IMG/VR virus record: IMGVR_UViG_3300009149_000020
Span: 18,827-82,826 of that record
Direction: 5' to 3' (one strand)
DNA from: a virus
Length of the DNA stretch: 64,000 bases
Below, in pieces: positions 1 to 9,970 of this stretch; position 1 is the stretch's first letter, and every line of letters begins with the position of its first letter. Under the pieces are notes generated by a model. That model searched no databases, was not told where the DNA came from, and saw nothing but the letters and a program-made list of their open reading frames with translations. The position numbers were made by a program, and so were the translations under genes.

Positions 1-285
1 TCGTACATTTGCAATATGTCTTCAGTTGATATATACCCTAAAACAATATACAGGTTTATGGCTGACGTGCTGTTGTATAGTTTAGCTAGTTACGTGAAAG
101 GACGTTTGTTTACTGTAGACTATACTAAATTAGGTGAAGAGTTATACACTAAAGATAACAAAGATTTTTATAAGGACGTAGCACACTCTCTTTACAAGTT
201 TGTGCAAAATATGTTTACTCTGCTAGATATAAATGATAAAGAACTCTTGCATGACATCCATTGTAAATTTCAAAGGAGGGATTGA
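1..285 (+). CDS. 3' part of a hypothetical protein (frame open from window start)
   Basis: Frame 1 has no stop from position 1 to 285; its stop overlaps the next start. Confidence 0.6.
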   Translation, partial: SYICNMSSVDIYPKTIYRFMADVLLYSLASYVKGRLFTVDYTKLGEELYTKDNKDFYKDVAHSLYKFVQNMFTLLDINDKELLHDIHCKFQRRD

Positions 286-1328
286 TGATTAAACTTAGTA
301 ATGGTAAAACGATAAAAATCGGAAGATTTAAAGAAGGTAAACATAACTCAATTATAGATGTCAAAGATGTACAAGTTGGCATGCACACAAACAATGAAAA
401 AGGTAACATTAGTGGCATTACGATAATTGATTCTAAGGAAGATATGTGGTATAGTGCAGGCTGTGCTGTAATTAATGGTATTGGAGAAATGACAGGTTTA
501 CATGAGCTGAAAGAAACAGGTTCCCTTTCTTCTCCTATTGTTCTTACTAATACTTTATCTGTAGGCATAGTATATAATGAAATGTTTGATAATCTTTTAA
601 GACAGGAAGACAGTATTGATGACTTTATTGACTCTAATGGATTGCCTATGCCTGTTGTAGCAGAAACCGATAATTCTTATTTATCTTTAACTAAAGCTAC
701 TCCAGAGGATGTTCAAGCAGCTCTTGATAACTTAAGTGATAAACCTTTCCAGCAAGGCAGTGTAGGTTCTGGTATTGGCATGATGTCTTTTGACTTTTCA
801 GCAGGAATTGGTACATCTTCTAGAGTCCACAACAACTATGGAGCCCTAGGTGTACTTGTCCAAGCTAACTTTGGGCTTAGGCACAATCTTACTGTAGGAG
901 GGAAAGTGCTTGGGCCGTTCTTAGGTAAAAAACCTAATAAAAGAAAGTCAGGTGGATCTATAATTGTTATTATTGCTGTCGAGCAATTTCTGCAGTCTTC
1001 TACCCTTAGTAGGATAGCTTCCAGGGCTGCTATGGGTATAGGAAGAGTTGGAGGATTTGCATCTACAGACAGTGGTGAGTTTTCTCTTGCTTTTACAACA
1101 AGCCAGGATGACAGATTTGGAAGAGATTGGGATGATGATGCACTTAATTGGTACTTTGAAGCAACAGTAGAATGTGTAGAGGAAGCTATACTACAATCAA
1201 TGTTTAATGCTTCTGAGATTAAAGGGCGCAAGAAAAGGAAAGCACCGAAACTTAGTCATACAAAAGTGTCGTCTTTACTTGCACCCAACGTTAAGTATAT
1301 TTATAGAGATACTAATGAATGTGATTGA
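282..1328 (+). CDS. dmpA: P1/S58 family aminopeptidase (DmpA-like)
   Basis: Motifs NSIIDVKDVQVG, GSVGSGIGM, GIGTSSR, LVQANFG, GGSIIV (Gly-Ser autocleavage site), SGEFSLAF, EEAILQSMF. Confidence 0.85.
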   Translation: MMIKLSNGKTIKIGRFKEGKHNSIIDVKDVQVGMHTNNEKGNISGITIIDSKEDMWYSAGCAVINGIGEMTGLHELKETGSLSSPIVLTNTLSVGIVYNEMFDNLLRQEDSIDDFIDSNGLPMPVVAETDNSYLSLTKATPEDVQAALDNLSDKPFQQGSVGSGIGMMSFDFSAGIGTSSRVHNNYGALGVLVQANFGLRHNLTVGGKVLGPFLGKKPNKRKSGGSIIVIIAVEQFLQSSTLSRIASRAAMGIGRVGGFASTDSGEFSLAFTTSQDDRFGRDWDDDALNWYFEATVECVEEAILQSMFNASEIKGRKKRKAPKLSHTKVSSLLAPNVKYIYRDTNECD

Positions 1329-1441
1329 ACTATTCTTTTGGGAACTGTTTGTATGGTTGCCTTATCCTACAGGTGAGTATGTTCTTATGAAGTACTACAA
1401 AGTTGAAGAAGTTTGTGTTAATTTTACTAATAGGAGGAAGC

Positions 1442-2428
1442 ATGAAAAAAGATCTCGCAAGGGAAATAGCGAAACTTGTTGTAGCAGCAAAACCAGATAC
1501 CCCTCCAAAGGTGAAGCACAAACCCAGTTTAGCGAATATTAATCTAGAGATAGTACATGGTCAGTTACAAAATGAGATAGTAATACACCTTGCTTTACAA
1601 GGAAAGTCAAGCCATGTTAAACAAATGATTAGGCAAAACCTTAATCTTGTTAAAGCAACGTCTACTTTCCTATCGTATGGCACAGATAGTGCTAAGGTTG
1701 TTGTAAGTACAGATTATGTTTCTCATTTTGAATGGCATAGCCCTGTAAAGCGAGGACCCTTAACTCTTTTTATAGCAGCGGTCGTAATAAACGATTTAGA
1801 GCTTACTGAATACATTTTAAAGAAGTTAAGACGCTGCGGGACTTCTTTTGGCTTTCAAACGGAACTGTCTATAGCACTCGCAGTTTCTGCAAGCGAAGGT
1901 TTTCATGACATATGTCTTTTTTTACTTAAGTATATGGAAGAGTGCACGAATTTTAGCCCTAAGCAAAAACCTTTGCAATACTCAAACGGGATTACTATCC
2001 TTACAGCTGCTTCAATGACTGTAGGATCAAAGAAAAATACAGTTTTGATTAAACCTCTCCTTGAAGCTGGAGCAGATATAAATCAGATTTTACATGGAGC
2101 ATTAGTGGAAGCAAAAAAGGAGCTTAATCACCGTAATAACAAAGAGAAGAATGTATCCTATAGAGATTTTATTAAGCAACTTTTTGAGTATGAAGGAAGC
2201 AGCATTGCTATAGCGAGACAGCAGGTTCTCACTAATGAGGACGTTATGAATGTTATGCAAAGATGCAAATTTTCTACTGCTCAGCTAGGTATAATGCTTT
2301 TTAAAATTAAGGATAAAAGAACCAGGTATTTTTTTGAGCAGCTACTTTTAGCAAGAAAAAAGGAGGAAAAGGCTAAAGGTAAAGCTGAAAAAAGAGAGTA
2401 TACAAATAATCATGTTATAAGGAGATAG
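1442..2428 (+). CDS. Ankyrin-repeat protein with shared C-terminal motif
   Basis: AGGAGG before ATG 1442; ANK-like TILTAA...LLEAGADIN; tail STAQLGIMLFKIKDKRTRYFFEQLL. Confidence 0.75.
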   Translation: MKKDLAREIAKLVVAAKPDTPPKVKHKPSLANINLEIVHGQLQNEIVIHLALQGKSSHVKQMIRQNLNLVKATSTFLSYGTDSAKVVVSTDYVSHFEWHSPVKRGPLTLFIAAVVINDLELTEYILKKLRRCGTSFGFQTELSIALAVSASEGFHDICLFLLKYMEECTNFSPKQKPLQYSNGITILTAASMTVGSKKNTVLIKPLLEAGADINQILHGALVEAKKELNHRNNKEKNVSYRDFIKQLFEYEGSSIAIARQQVLTNEDVMNVMQRCKFSTAQLGIMLFKIKDKRTRYFFEQLLLARKKEEKAKGKAEKREYTNNHVIRR

Positions 2429-2429
2429 T

Positions 2430-3932
2430 ATGCCGTTAATAAATAATAAACATTTTGTTACTGTTAAAGAAGCTACTGCACTAGGGAAGTGGAAAAGCAG
2501 TTATTCTATTTATAGACTTATTAGATTAGGCAAAGTTGATAGTATACGTATTGAGTCTAAGTTATTTATAGAAAAGGACTCTCTTTTAGATTATCTGGAT
2601 ACGGGGATTGCTTTTGTTTATAAAGGCTTTGATAAAAGTGGTGAAAGAACTTCAGTTTTATCAGAAAAGGCACTTGCAACTATTGAAGCTAAAAGCAAAC
2701 AGCAAAAAGAACGGGTTAACAAAGTCAAAAAGAATATGGCACTTTCAGGTTATGTCATGAGTAGTGACCTTAGAGAGAAATACAAGATAAGTAAATCACG
2801 TTTTAGTAGATTAATCAAGTTATATAATATAAAGGCAATGTGTTCTTCTTTAGGCAGTAGATTTCCTTTTTATAAACAAGAGGATATAAGAAACATGGTA
2901 GAAACAGAAGAACACCTTAAAGGAGACACTATGCAAACTGTAGATGCTTTTGTAGAAGAAACTTGTCTCCCTGAAGAGGATACTGTTGCTAAAAATATAG
3001 TAAAGTTTGACGGCAGTAATACTGAATGGGTGCCTTTAAGCACTGTTGCAAAAAAACTAAAGTTGACAAACGGTCAGATTAGTCGAGTAGCAAAAAAGAA
3101 GTTACACCTAGACTTAACTAGAAAATATCCTGAAGGTGACACAGATGTAAGACAAAAAGCGAAAAAAGTAAAACATGTACGTAATAAAGACATAGGAAAG
3201 TTGCTTGACTACTTTAAGGAAGACTCGACAGCTGAAGGAAGAGCAGCTATAGAAGAGTTAGTAGTAGTAAGAGAAAAAGGTTATGTAACTGTAAGTGAAG
3301 CCTCCACACTTACAGGTTGTCCTAAAACAAAAATCTATGATATGAAAAATAGAAAAGTTATAGATGCAATATCGACTGCTATTGGATGGTTTGTGCATTT
3401 GGAAGAAGTACAACAGCAGTTTGATGCAGCGAATAAAGTTGAAGTACCTATTGTAAATGAAGAGACTATACCTAAGGAGGTTACAGTTGAAAATCATGAA
3501 ATTGAAGAGGACTCTAGACAAGTTCAGGAACCTCCTAAAACTCAAAGAAAATCTTTTGAGCAACTCAAGCAGGACCTCCCCCTTGCCGCCTCTTCTAGTA
3601 ACACCTCCAAAACAGAAGGAACATTAAAAGTACAGTTACTTGGATCACTTGTTACTATTAAGAAAGGCTATTATGATGATCCAGCTGATTGCCACAAAGG
3701 TATATCTGATGTAGGTAAAAAAGAAATTAAAATAAATTGTAAAGACAAAACCATTATGTTTGACGTTGCTCTTGCGGAACTTACTAGGCAATTTTGCTGG
3801 TTGTCGGGTTATAGAAGCCATCAGATGTTGAAAAGAAATGATATTTGTCATTTAACTTCTGCATTTGTTACAGCTTTATTGAGAGAGAATGGTGATGATA
3901 TCCTCTCAACGCTTAGAGCGTGGTGTAGTTAA
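2430..3932 (+). CDS. Multi-HTH (excisionase/HTH_17-like) DNA-binding protein with degenerate C-terminal zincin-like domain
   Basis: Repeated VTVKEA..IYRLIR and VTVSEA..IYDMK winged-HTH units; C-terminal ALAELTRQF..SG in place of HExxH. Confidence 0.65.
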   Translation: MPLINNKHFVTVKEATALGKWKSSYSIYRLIRLGKVDSIRIESKLFIEKDSLLDYLDTGIAFVYKGFDKSGERTSVLSEKALATIEAKSKQQKERVNKVKKNMALSGYVMSSDLREKYKISKSRFSRLIKLYNIKAMCSSLGSRFPFYKQEDIRNMVETEEHLKGDTMQTVDAFVEETCLPEEDTVAKNIVKFDGSNTEWVPLSTVAKKLKLTNGQISRVAKKKLHLDLTRKYPEGDTDVRQKAKKVKHVRNKDIGKLLDYFKEDSTAEGRAAIEELVVVREKGYVTVSEASTLTGCPKTKIYDMKNRKVIDAISTAIGWFVHLEEVQQQFDAANKVEVPIVNEETIPKEVTVENHEIEEDSRQVQEPPKTQRKSFEQLKQDLPLAASSSNTSKTEGTLKVQLLGSLVTIKKGYYDDPADCHKGISDVGKKEIKINCKDKTIMFDVALAELTRQFCWLSGYRSHQMLKRNDICHLTSAFVTALLRENGDDILSTLRAWCS

Positions 3933-3964
3933 CACTAAGTTTTTATTTGCTACGTTTTTGTGTG

Positions 3965-4008
3965 AACCTTGTGGAAAGACTAAGAAATCTTCACAAGGTT
4001 TATTTTTT
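3965..4008 (+). terminator. Intrinsic terminator
   Basis: AACCTTGTG...CACAAGGTT stem followed by TATTTTTT just after the stop of 2430-3932. Confidence 0.7.
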
Positions 4009-4026
4009 ATTATTGGAGGTGTTCAA

Positions 4027-4275
4027 GTGGAACATAATGTAAAAGATGATGTATGTGACCAGCTTTGTGAACAGGTGGTAGAACTACTTAGCTTGAGCAC
4101 TAAAGTAATCGAACTACATCAAAGGTATGATACTTCAAGAGAATTGCGTGATGACCAATCTCGCAAGTTACACAAGGACCTAAGCGGTTATATTGGACTA
4201 TTTATTTGTATAGTTTCAGTAACCGCAATATATATAGCCTCTCTTGTATGGAGAGTGAGGAGGTATAATGGATAG
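4027..4275 (+). CDS. Hypothetical membrane protein
   Basis: GGAGG then GTG start; C-terminal hydrophobic helix. Confidence 0.55.
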   Translation: MEHNVKDDVCDQLCEQVVELLSLSTKVIELHQRYDTSRELRDDQSRKLHKDLSGYIGLFICIVSVTAIYIASLVWRVRRYNG

Positions 4276-4519
4276 AAAACTGTTATGGTTTTATCATATT
4301 TCATCTCGAAAAAATTGGGGAAGGCTTGAATTAAAACAGGGAAATCTTATTATGTTTTATATTGAAAGAGTACCATCAAACGACAACAAACACTTCAGAT
4401 TAGTACATGAGCTAGATTGTCTTAAAAGAGGAGAAGTTTTCCATAAAACTGTTGAAGAGGCTAAAGAAGAAGCACAAAGAATTTGTGACGTTTTTATAAC
4501 AGAAATGAAGGAGGAATAA
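4268..4519 (+). CDS. Hypothetical protein
   Basis: SD and overlap with neighbouring genes. Confidence 0.65.
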   Translation: MDRKLLWFYHISSRKNWGRLELKQGNLIMFYIERVPSNDNKHFRLVHELDCLKRGEVFHKTVEEAKEEAQRICDVFITEMKEE

Positions 4520-5461
4520 ATGAAAAGACTACTTAGGATTCCTTCAGCTAAGGCAGTACATGAAACAGATAGGTTACAGTTTTATAGAGAAACTAACTGG
4601 TCAGGTTTATCGTGGCTTTCAGATACTTCTGAAATAGTACTAAAAGAAGGCATAGAATCAGTTAAATTTAAAAAAGCACCTAACAGAAAAGGAGTAGAGA
4701 TAACTACTCATGTAGTAGACATGTTATTTAAGGATGATTATTCTTACTATGGTGACGCAACTATTTATAGTAATTTATTAGTACCTTTAATAAATAACCC
4801 CTCTGCTACATATGATGTAATAGGGCAGCCTTTTCTTGAAAATGTTGCTTCTAGGATGTCTTTAGCAAGTCTTCAAGCTATAGCTACTCTTACCTTTACA
4901 AGAAAAGCTGAACTAGAGGCATTCTTTGGACAAGCAGTGAAGGATAGAGAGTATGAGAGAGAAGTTAACAAATGTATCTGTTTAAGAACGGACCCTGAGT
5001 TATATGCTAAGCTTGTTGAAATGGGAGTATTTTTTGAGATTAACCTGGCGATAATAAAACACCATTATACAAGTAGAGAGTATGTAGTAGTTGCAGCTGA
5101 ATTACTCAAAGCATTGGTTCCAGAGAAGTATGCAGAATTTTCTAAAATAATATTTAGTGAAATAGTAAAAACTGTAGACGAAGAATGTATAGAAAGGCTA
5201 CAACAGCCGCCTTCTCCTTGGAGGTATAAAGAGGATATTCGAGCTGATTCCAAAGCTACAAAGGAAGGATGGATGGCTGTTAATAAACACGGCGAGGTCA
5301 GTAGTCTGGCTAGTGAGGGACTTAAGAATGTGAGAAGTGCTGTTCGAAGTACAGATGAAGTTTTGCCTAATTGTTATGGAGAAGCTTTTTCTCCTAAAAA
5401 CAAGCAATGTAAACAGTGTGTAATGAGGAATGATTGTCGTACTAAATTTTTGGAGTTTTAA
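4520..5461 (+). CDS. Hypothetical protein with C-terminal 4-Cys motif shared with the SSB
   Basis: 313 aa ORF; tail PNCYGEAFSPKNKQCKQCVMRNDCRTKFL. Confidence 0.75.
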   Translation: MKRLLRIPSAKAVHETDRLQFYRETNWSGLSWLSDTSEIVLKEGIESVKFKKAPNRKGVEITTHVVDMLFKDDYSYYGDATIYSNLLVPLINNPSATYDVIGQPFLENVASRMSLASLQAIATLTFTRKAELEAFFGQAVKDREYEREVNKCICLRTDPELYAKLVEMGVFFEINLAIIKHHYTSREYVVVAAELLKALVPEKYAEFSKIIFSEIVKTVDEECIERLQQPPSPWRYKEDIRADSKATKEGWMAVNKHGEVSSLASEGLKNVRSAVRSTDEVLPNCYGEAFSPKNKQCKQCVMRNDCRTKFLEF

Positions 5462-6183
5462 TGAAAAAAAAGCAAACAAACTCGACGAGCCTTTCACGAG
5501 CTAAGTTACAATTTATTGTTGATAGTTTTGTTATGAATCCTAAATTCATTCTTCAGTTTCTTTATCATTCTATCGACATTCAAGCACATGACAGTTTTGA
5601 TTATGTTTATAGCAGAATAAAAACAGACCCTGAGTTGGAAACGTCGAAGGACTCAATAGACTGGGCGTTATGTATTAAGATAGCCTGTGCTAGAAACGAC
5701 GACAAGCTTATTAAAATTATGTTAACGCATGCAGAGAAATTACTCAATTCAGTTGATTTAAAAGCAGCACTTAATCCTTGTTTAGCCTCTTGCGCTTGCA
5801 ACAACAATCTTAAGATGTATAAGCTTTTAGTTAAAGCAGGCGCAGACATTTCTTACAACCCAGCCTGGTTATTTAGGACATTGACTGCAACAGACAATCT
5901 TGAGTTCATGAAATACTTAGTGGAGACGCTTAAGTATTCCTTATCGGAGGGAGGGAATGCACTAGGAATAGCTATAGAGTCTGAAGCATACGAATGTGCA
6001 AAATACTTGTTTATTGAAAAGCACTCATACCTTCCTACACCTTTTCCTCATGATTTCTTAGACATAGTAGGAGATGCAACTCTAAAGCATATGTTGTTTA
6101 AAAAGACATTGCCCGAACAATACAAAGAATTAATTGGCGAAAGATTTAGTGAGAACAAGAAACAGAGAGGAGGAGTAAAATGA
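5461..6183 (+). CDS. Ankyrin-repeat protein with shared C-terminal motif
   Basis: NNLKMYKLLVKAGADI, DNLEFMKYLVE, NALGIAIESEAYECAKYL; tail GDATLKHMLFKK. Confidence 0.75.
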   Translation: MKKKQTNSTSLSRAKLQFIVDSFVMNPKFILQFLYHSIDIQAHDSFDYVYSRIKTDPELETSKDSIDWALCIKIACARNDDKLIKIMLTHAEKLLNSVDLKAALNPCLASCACNNNLKMYKLLVKAGADISYNPAWLFRTLTATDNLEFMKYLVETLKYSLSEGGNALGIAIESEAYECAKYLFIEKHSYLPTPFPHDFLDIVGDATLKHMLFKKTLPEQYKELIGERFSENKKQRGGVK

Positions 6184-7055
6184 GTCATTTCTTACTTTAT
6201 GTTATCGGTGATAATCCAGGAGAGCAGTTAGAGCCATTTTATGAGTGTAGCGAAGATAACCGCTATAGGGAATTTGTGAGTACGGAGGAAGAATATAGAG
6301 AGGAGTGGGAGAAAGATAAGGATAAGTCTGTTGCGGATTATGCGTCATTTGAAGAATACATGGAAGGTATAGGTTACGATAAAGATGAAGCTACAGGACA
6401 GTATGGTTATTGGACTAATCCTAATGGTAAGTGGGATTGGTATTCAGTAGGAGGACGCTGGACAGGCTTTTTCAGATTAAAACCTGATTGTGATCCTGAA
6501 AACATTATGTTAGGACAAAGCGGCGCTTTCAGAAATACACCAGAACAGTCGGGCGAAGGTTTGCGCTCTGATCAAGCACGAAAAGAGGCAATAGACATTG
6601 AGGGTATGCGAGAGGAATGCAGAAAAGTGGCAATTGAGAAATATGATAAATTTGAGAAGATTGTTGAAGGTATTGACCCTCCTACAAAAACATGGGAGCA
6701 GACAATAGACGAATTTGGTGAAGATAACATTAACCAAGCACAAAAAGCATATAACCAACATCCGTGGATACTGGCTTTTCGTACTTCGGAAATGCGCAGT
6801 ATTTGGGGAGATCCCGTTGAAAAGTTTTTTGTGTATAATGGAGGAAGAGCAGCTTATGTACAGCATGCAGTAAATCAAGCATTTGCGCCTTTTGCTATTT
6901 TAAAAGATGGTCAATGGTATGAGAAAGGCAAAATGTGCTCGTTTGGTATGGTAGCCGATGAAAAAGAAGCGGAAGAGTGGGAAAGTCAAGTTAATACGTT
7001 AATTGATGGATTACCTGGTGATACTTTAATTACAGTTGTTGACTGTCACAGTTAA
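6180..7055 (+). CDS. Conserved phage hypothetical protein
   Basis: MSHF..., NPNGKWDWYSVGGRW and terminal VVDCHS pattern of a widespread uncharacterised phage family. Confidence 0.8.
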   Translation: MSHFLLYVIGDNPGEQLEPFYECSEDNRYREFVSTEEEYREEWEKDKDKSVADYASFEEYMEGIGYDKDEATGQYGYWTNPNGKWDWYSVGGRWTGFFRLKPDCDPENIMLGQSGAFRNTPEQSGEGLRSDQARKEAIDIEGMREECRKVAIEKYDKFEKIVEGIDPPTKTWEQTIDEFGEDNINQAQKAYNQHPWILAFRTSEMRSIWGDPVEKFFVYNGGRAAYVQHAVNQAFAPFAILKDGQWYEKGKMCSFGMVADEKEAEEWESQVNTLIDGLPGDTLITVVDCHS

Positions 7056-7072
7056 GGAAAAAGGAAAGAACA

Positions 7073-7612
7073 ATGAACACACTTGATAATCAATTAATTG
7101 ATGCTGCCAAAGCAGGAAATGTAAAGCTCACTAAATTCCTTTTAATGTCAGGTGCGGCGCCTAATGCCTGCGATCTTAATGGAGTAACGGCACTAATGCG
7201 TACTTGTCATAACCCTATAAGTCTTTTACAGAACAGTGCGATAGAAATAGCTGAATTACTTCTTGAAGCAGGTGCGAATCCAAATATCAACGATACCTTA
7301 GGAGGTACCCCTCTTGCTTATTCTATAAGGAATCGATATGACACTAGTCAAGTTTTGATATCTTTGCTCATCGAAGCGGGCGCAGACGTTAATCAGGCAC
7401 AGGAAGGAGGATACCCTGCTTTGCTTCTTTTAGGTTATCATCCTAACTACTCTAAAGCGGAGATGTTAGTGAATGCAGGTGCTGATGTAAACGCTGTAGT
7501 TAATGGCATACGCTTATTACAAAGATTACTGTCATTACATTTTCTTTATGGGAGTTCTACAATAGATCGTATTATACAATTACTTGTAGCTAATGGTGCT
7601 ACGCTAACTTAA
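7073..7612 (+). CDS. Ankyrin-repeat protein
   Basis: GVTALM, LLEAGANPN, GGTPLAY, LIEAGADVN. Confidence 0.9.
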   Translation: MNTLDNQLIDAAKAGNVKLTKFLLMSGAAPNACDLNGVTALMRTCHNPISLLQNSAIEIAELLLEAGANPNINDTLGGTPLAYSIRNRYDTSQVLISLLIEAGADVNQAQEGGYPALLLLGYHPNYSKAEMLVNAGADVNAVVNGIRLLQRLLSLHFLYGSSTIDRIIQLLVANGATLT

Positions 7613-7624
7613 GGAGGATTTACA

Positions 7625-7927
7625 ATGGCGGTTACTATTACAAAGATTAGCCCTAAGTGGTGCTTTTTTGGATTTGAGCTTACCTTCGACGTGAAAGGAA
7701 TGCATATTATGCAGCTTATACTCCATGGCTGTATTCAACTAGGACTCTACGTTGGTCAATGGTTTTGTCTAATCATGTCTGTTAATTATCTTATGAAAGA
7801 AGGCTTTCCTCTTAAGGAAGATTTGTACACAGTCCTGGCTTTGTATATAATTTTTTGGTTTATTGTTATTATGCCTGTTTCTTGTCTCACTAAGCAGCTG
7901 AAAGAGTTGAGGAGGAAAGATGCCTGA
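7625..7927 (+). CDS. Hypothetical membrane protein
   Basis: SD; two hydrophobic segments. Confidence 0.6.
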   Translation: MAVTITKISPKWCFFGFELTFDVKGMHIMQLILHGCIQLGLYVGQWFCLIMSVNYLMKEGFPLKEDLYTVLALYIIFWFIVIMPVSCLTKQLKELRRKDA

Positions 7928-9149
7928 GTATGACGTAAGTATTCATTTTGATGGACAATTTACTATAAAAATTACAGCGGATTGTGCGCGTGACGCATTA
8001 GTTAAAGTTCAACAATTAGACAAAACTTTATTGACTAGTAAGGAAGTTATAAAAGAGCATTTAGTGATTGACGAGGTTGATGCATATCTAAGTACTGCTA
8101 GCTTACAAAATACCGTACGTACTGAGATAAATCAATTAGAAAACTTAGTTAGGAACCCTGATGTTTCGGTACAGACTATCTTGGACTTTATGGCAGAAAG
8201 AAAGATTCTACTATCAGAAACAGATTTCCGCTGTAACAACCGTTGGAGTTGTACATTTGAAAACTTAGTTGCTTGGCACGGTCGACTAGATATTATTAAG
8301 TATTTGAAGGAGCACAACCTCCGCCCCAACTTAGCCTATTTCGAAGCATGGAAAGGATGTGTATACAATAACAATCTTTCTTTCTTAAAAGAGTTACTAG
8401 CACTTGATGATTTTCGTGATAAATGGGAGAAGATTAAAGAAGATACAGCTGAGGGGGTATATCGTGCGTTAGTGGCTAGGTTTTCTTTTGACATGCTAAC
8501 CAATGATACTGTAAGAAAGAAAGGATGGTTTGAAATCTTTAAAGTAGTATACGAGTTTGGCGAAAAGTTTGTTGCAGAGAATCAAAGGAAAAATTTCGCC
8601 ACACTCGTATTGGAGCAGGTATGTCACGGTGCTTCAAGATTCAATAATGCTGTATATTTACCTACTCTCGACTACTTACTACAGAAAAAGAATGCTTCTT
8701 GTAAAAGACAAACTATAATTACAAAAGTATTATTTAGCGAAGATAAAGAGCTCATCAACTACTTCTTTGATAGAGGTGCTACGGATTGTGTTTACAGCAG
8801 AGGTGCGGTTCATATAAATTCAGATGATACTACTGGTATCTTAGACTATATGATAAGTTTCGTTGACATGAAAGCATTTAAGGAATTCTTTAAAGATGTT
8901 GATAAAGAGAAACTGTCGTCCTTAGTCAAACAGAATACGATCAAGAAGTGCATCACATGTTGTAAAGATGAGCAGTTACGCTACTTTATGCATTGGGCGG
9001 GCTATTCACCTTCAGCACAAAAAACGATTCTTTCCTCCTGCTTACTTGATAAACAGCTCGCTACTTGTAAAGATTATATAGTTAAGGTACTTATTCCTAG
9101 TATAGGTACAATACCTATTGAGGAGGTAATAAATGGCAAAGAAAAGTAA
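7920..9149 (+). CDS. Degenerate ankyrin-like helical repeat protein
   Basis: AWHGRLDIIKYL, YNNNLSFLKEL, ELINYFFDRGA; weak tail motif TILSSCLLDKQL. Confidence 0.65.
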   Translation: MPEYDVSIHFDGQFTIKITADCARDALVKVQQLDKTLLTSKEVIKEHLVIDEVDAYLSTASLQNTVRTEINQLENLVRNPDVSVQTILDFMAERKILLSETDFRCNNRWSCTFENLVAWHGRLDIIKYLKEHNLRPNLAYFEAWKGCVYNNNLSFLKELLALDDFRDKWEKIKEDTAEGVYRALVARFSFDMLTNDTVRKKGWFEIFKVVYEFGEKFVAENQRKNFATLVLEQVCHGASRFNNAVYLPTLDYLLQKKNASCKRQTIITKVLFSEDKELINYFFDRGATDCVYSRGAVHINSDDTTGILDYMISFVDMKAFKEFFKDVDKEKLSSLVKQNTIKKCITCCKDEQLRYFMHWAGYSPSAQKTILSSCLLDKQLATCKDYIVKVLIPSIGTIPIEEVINGKEK

Positions 9150-9645
9150 GAAAGATAAAAAGCAAGAAGCGTTAGTTGACAAAATGATGGATGCTATTGA
9201 CAAAAAGTATAATCAAGCATTTTTTAGTATAGTCAAGGATCTATACAAATCCTATAGGGATATTGACCCCATTCCCGGCACAGAGGGAACAGTAGCTATT
9301 TTAATTGCTGACATAAACAGATGGTTTGAGGAAGCGTTTGATATGGAGTATCACAAAAAGAATAAGAAACCTCGTGATGACATGCAAAAGAAAATTGAAG
9401 CTTTAAAGACTGTTGAAGGCATCATCGAGTTTTTTGAAACAGAGCACGAGCTTTCTGCAAAGAAGATTTTAGACTGGATAGAGGATTTGTTATATCCAAA
9501 TGCTTGTAAAGCTTTAATGCTTGCTAGTCCAGCTAATCTTCCTCATGAGCAATTTTATACACTGTACGCTCTTAAAGAAGAAGAGCTCATAGGAGAAGAA
9601 ACATACAATAAATTTAAGAAAGCAATTAACGCCCGCTTTATGTAG
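9133..9645 (+). CDS. Hypothetical protein
   Basis: GAGGAGG SD, 170 aa ORF. Confidence 0.7.
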   Translation: MAKKSKKDKKQEALVDKMMDAIDKKYNQAFFSIVKDLYKSYRDIDPIPGTEGTVAILIADINRWFEEAFDMEYHKKNKKPRDDMQKKIEALKTVEGIIEFFETEHELSAKKILDWIEDLLYPNACKALMLASPANLPHEQFYTLYALKEEELIGEETYNKFKKAINARFM

Positions 9646-9655
9646 GAGGTATGAA

Positions 9656-9964
9656 ATGAAAGCATACATACTTATTAAAGATGCTGTGCCTCTTGGGAAA
9701 GCTATTACAGCTGCAGCTCATGCGTCATTAGCAATGTATTTGAAGTTTCAGAATACATCAGAAGTGAAACAATGGCTTGATCCTGGTCCATTCAAGAAAG
9801 TTATCTGTAAAGTAGATGCTGCTAAGTTTGAAGAGATGAAGGGTTCATTTATACCACATGTAATACTAACTGAGTCTTCGATGGATAATCAGGAAGTTGC
9901 TATTGCTTATTTGCCGCAAATTGACTATCCTAAGATATTCAAATTTTTACCACTTTACAAGTAA
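9656..9964 (+). CDS. pth2: Peptidyl-tRNA hydrolase, Pth2 family
   Basis: YILIKD..LGKAITAAAHASL, WL...FKKVICKV, terminal LPLY; typical Pth2 length. Confidence 0.8.
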   Translation: MKAYILIKDAVPLGKAITAAAHASLAMYLKFQNTSEVKQWLDPGPFKKVICKVDAAKFEEMKGSFIPHVILTESSMDNQEVAIAYLPQIDYPKIFKFLPLYK

Positions 9965-9970
9965 GGAGGA

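Noticed and set aside
1207-1542. Plus-strand 111-aa ORF bridging dmpA and the first ankyrin gene
   Set aside because: Overlaps both neighbours substantially and has no clear SD; cannot be supported
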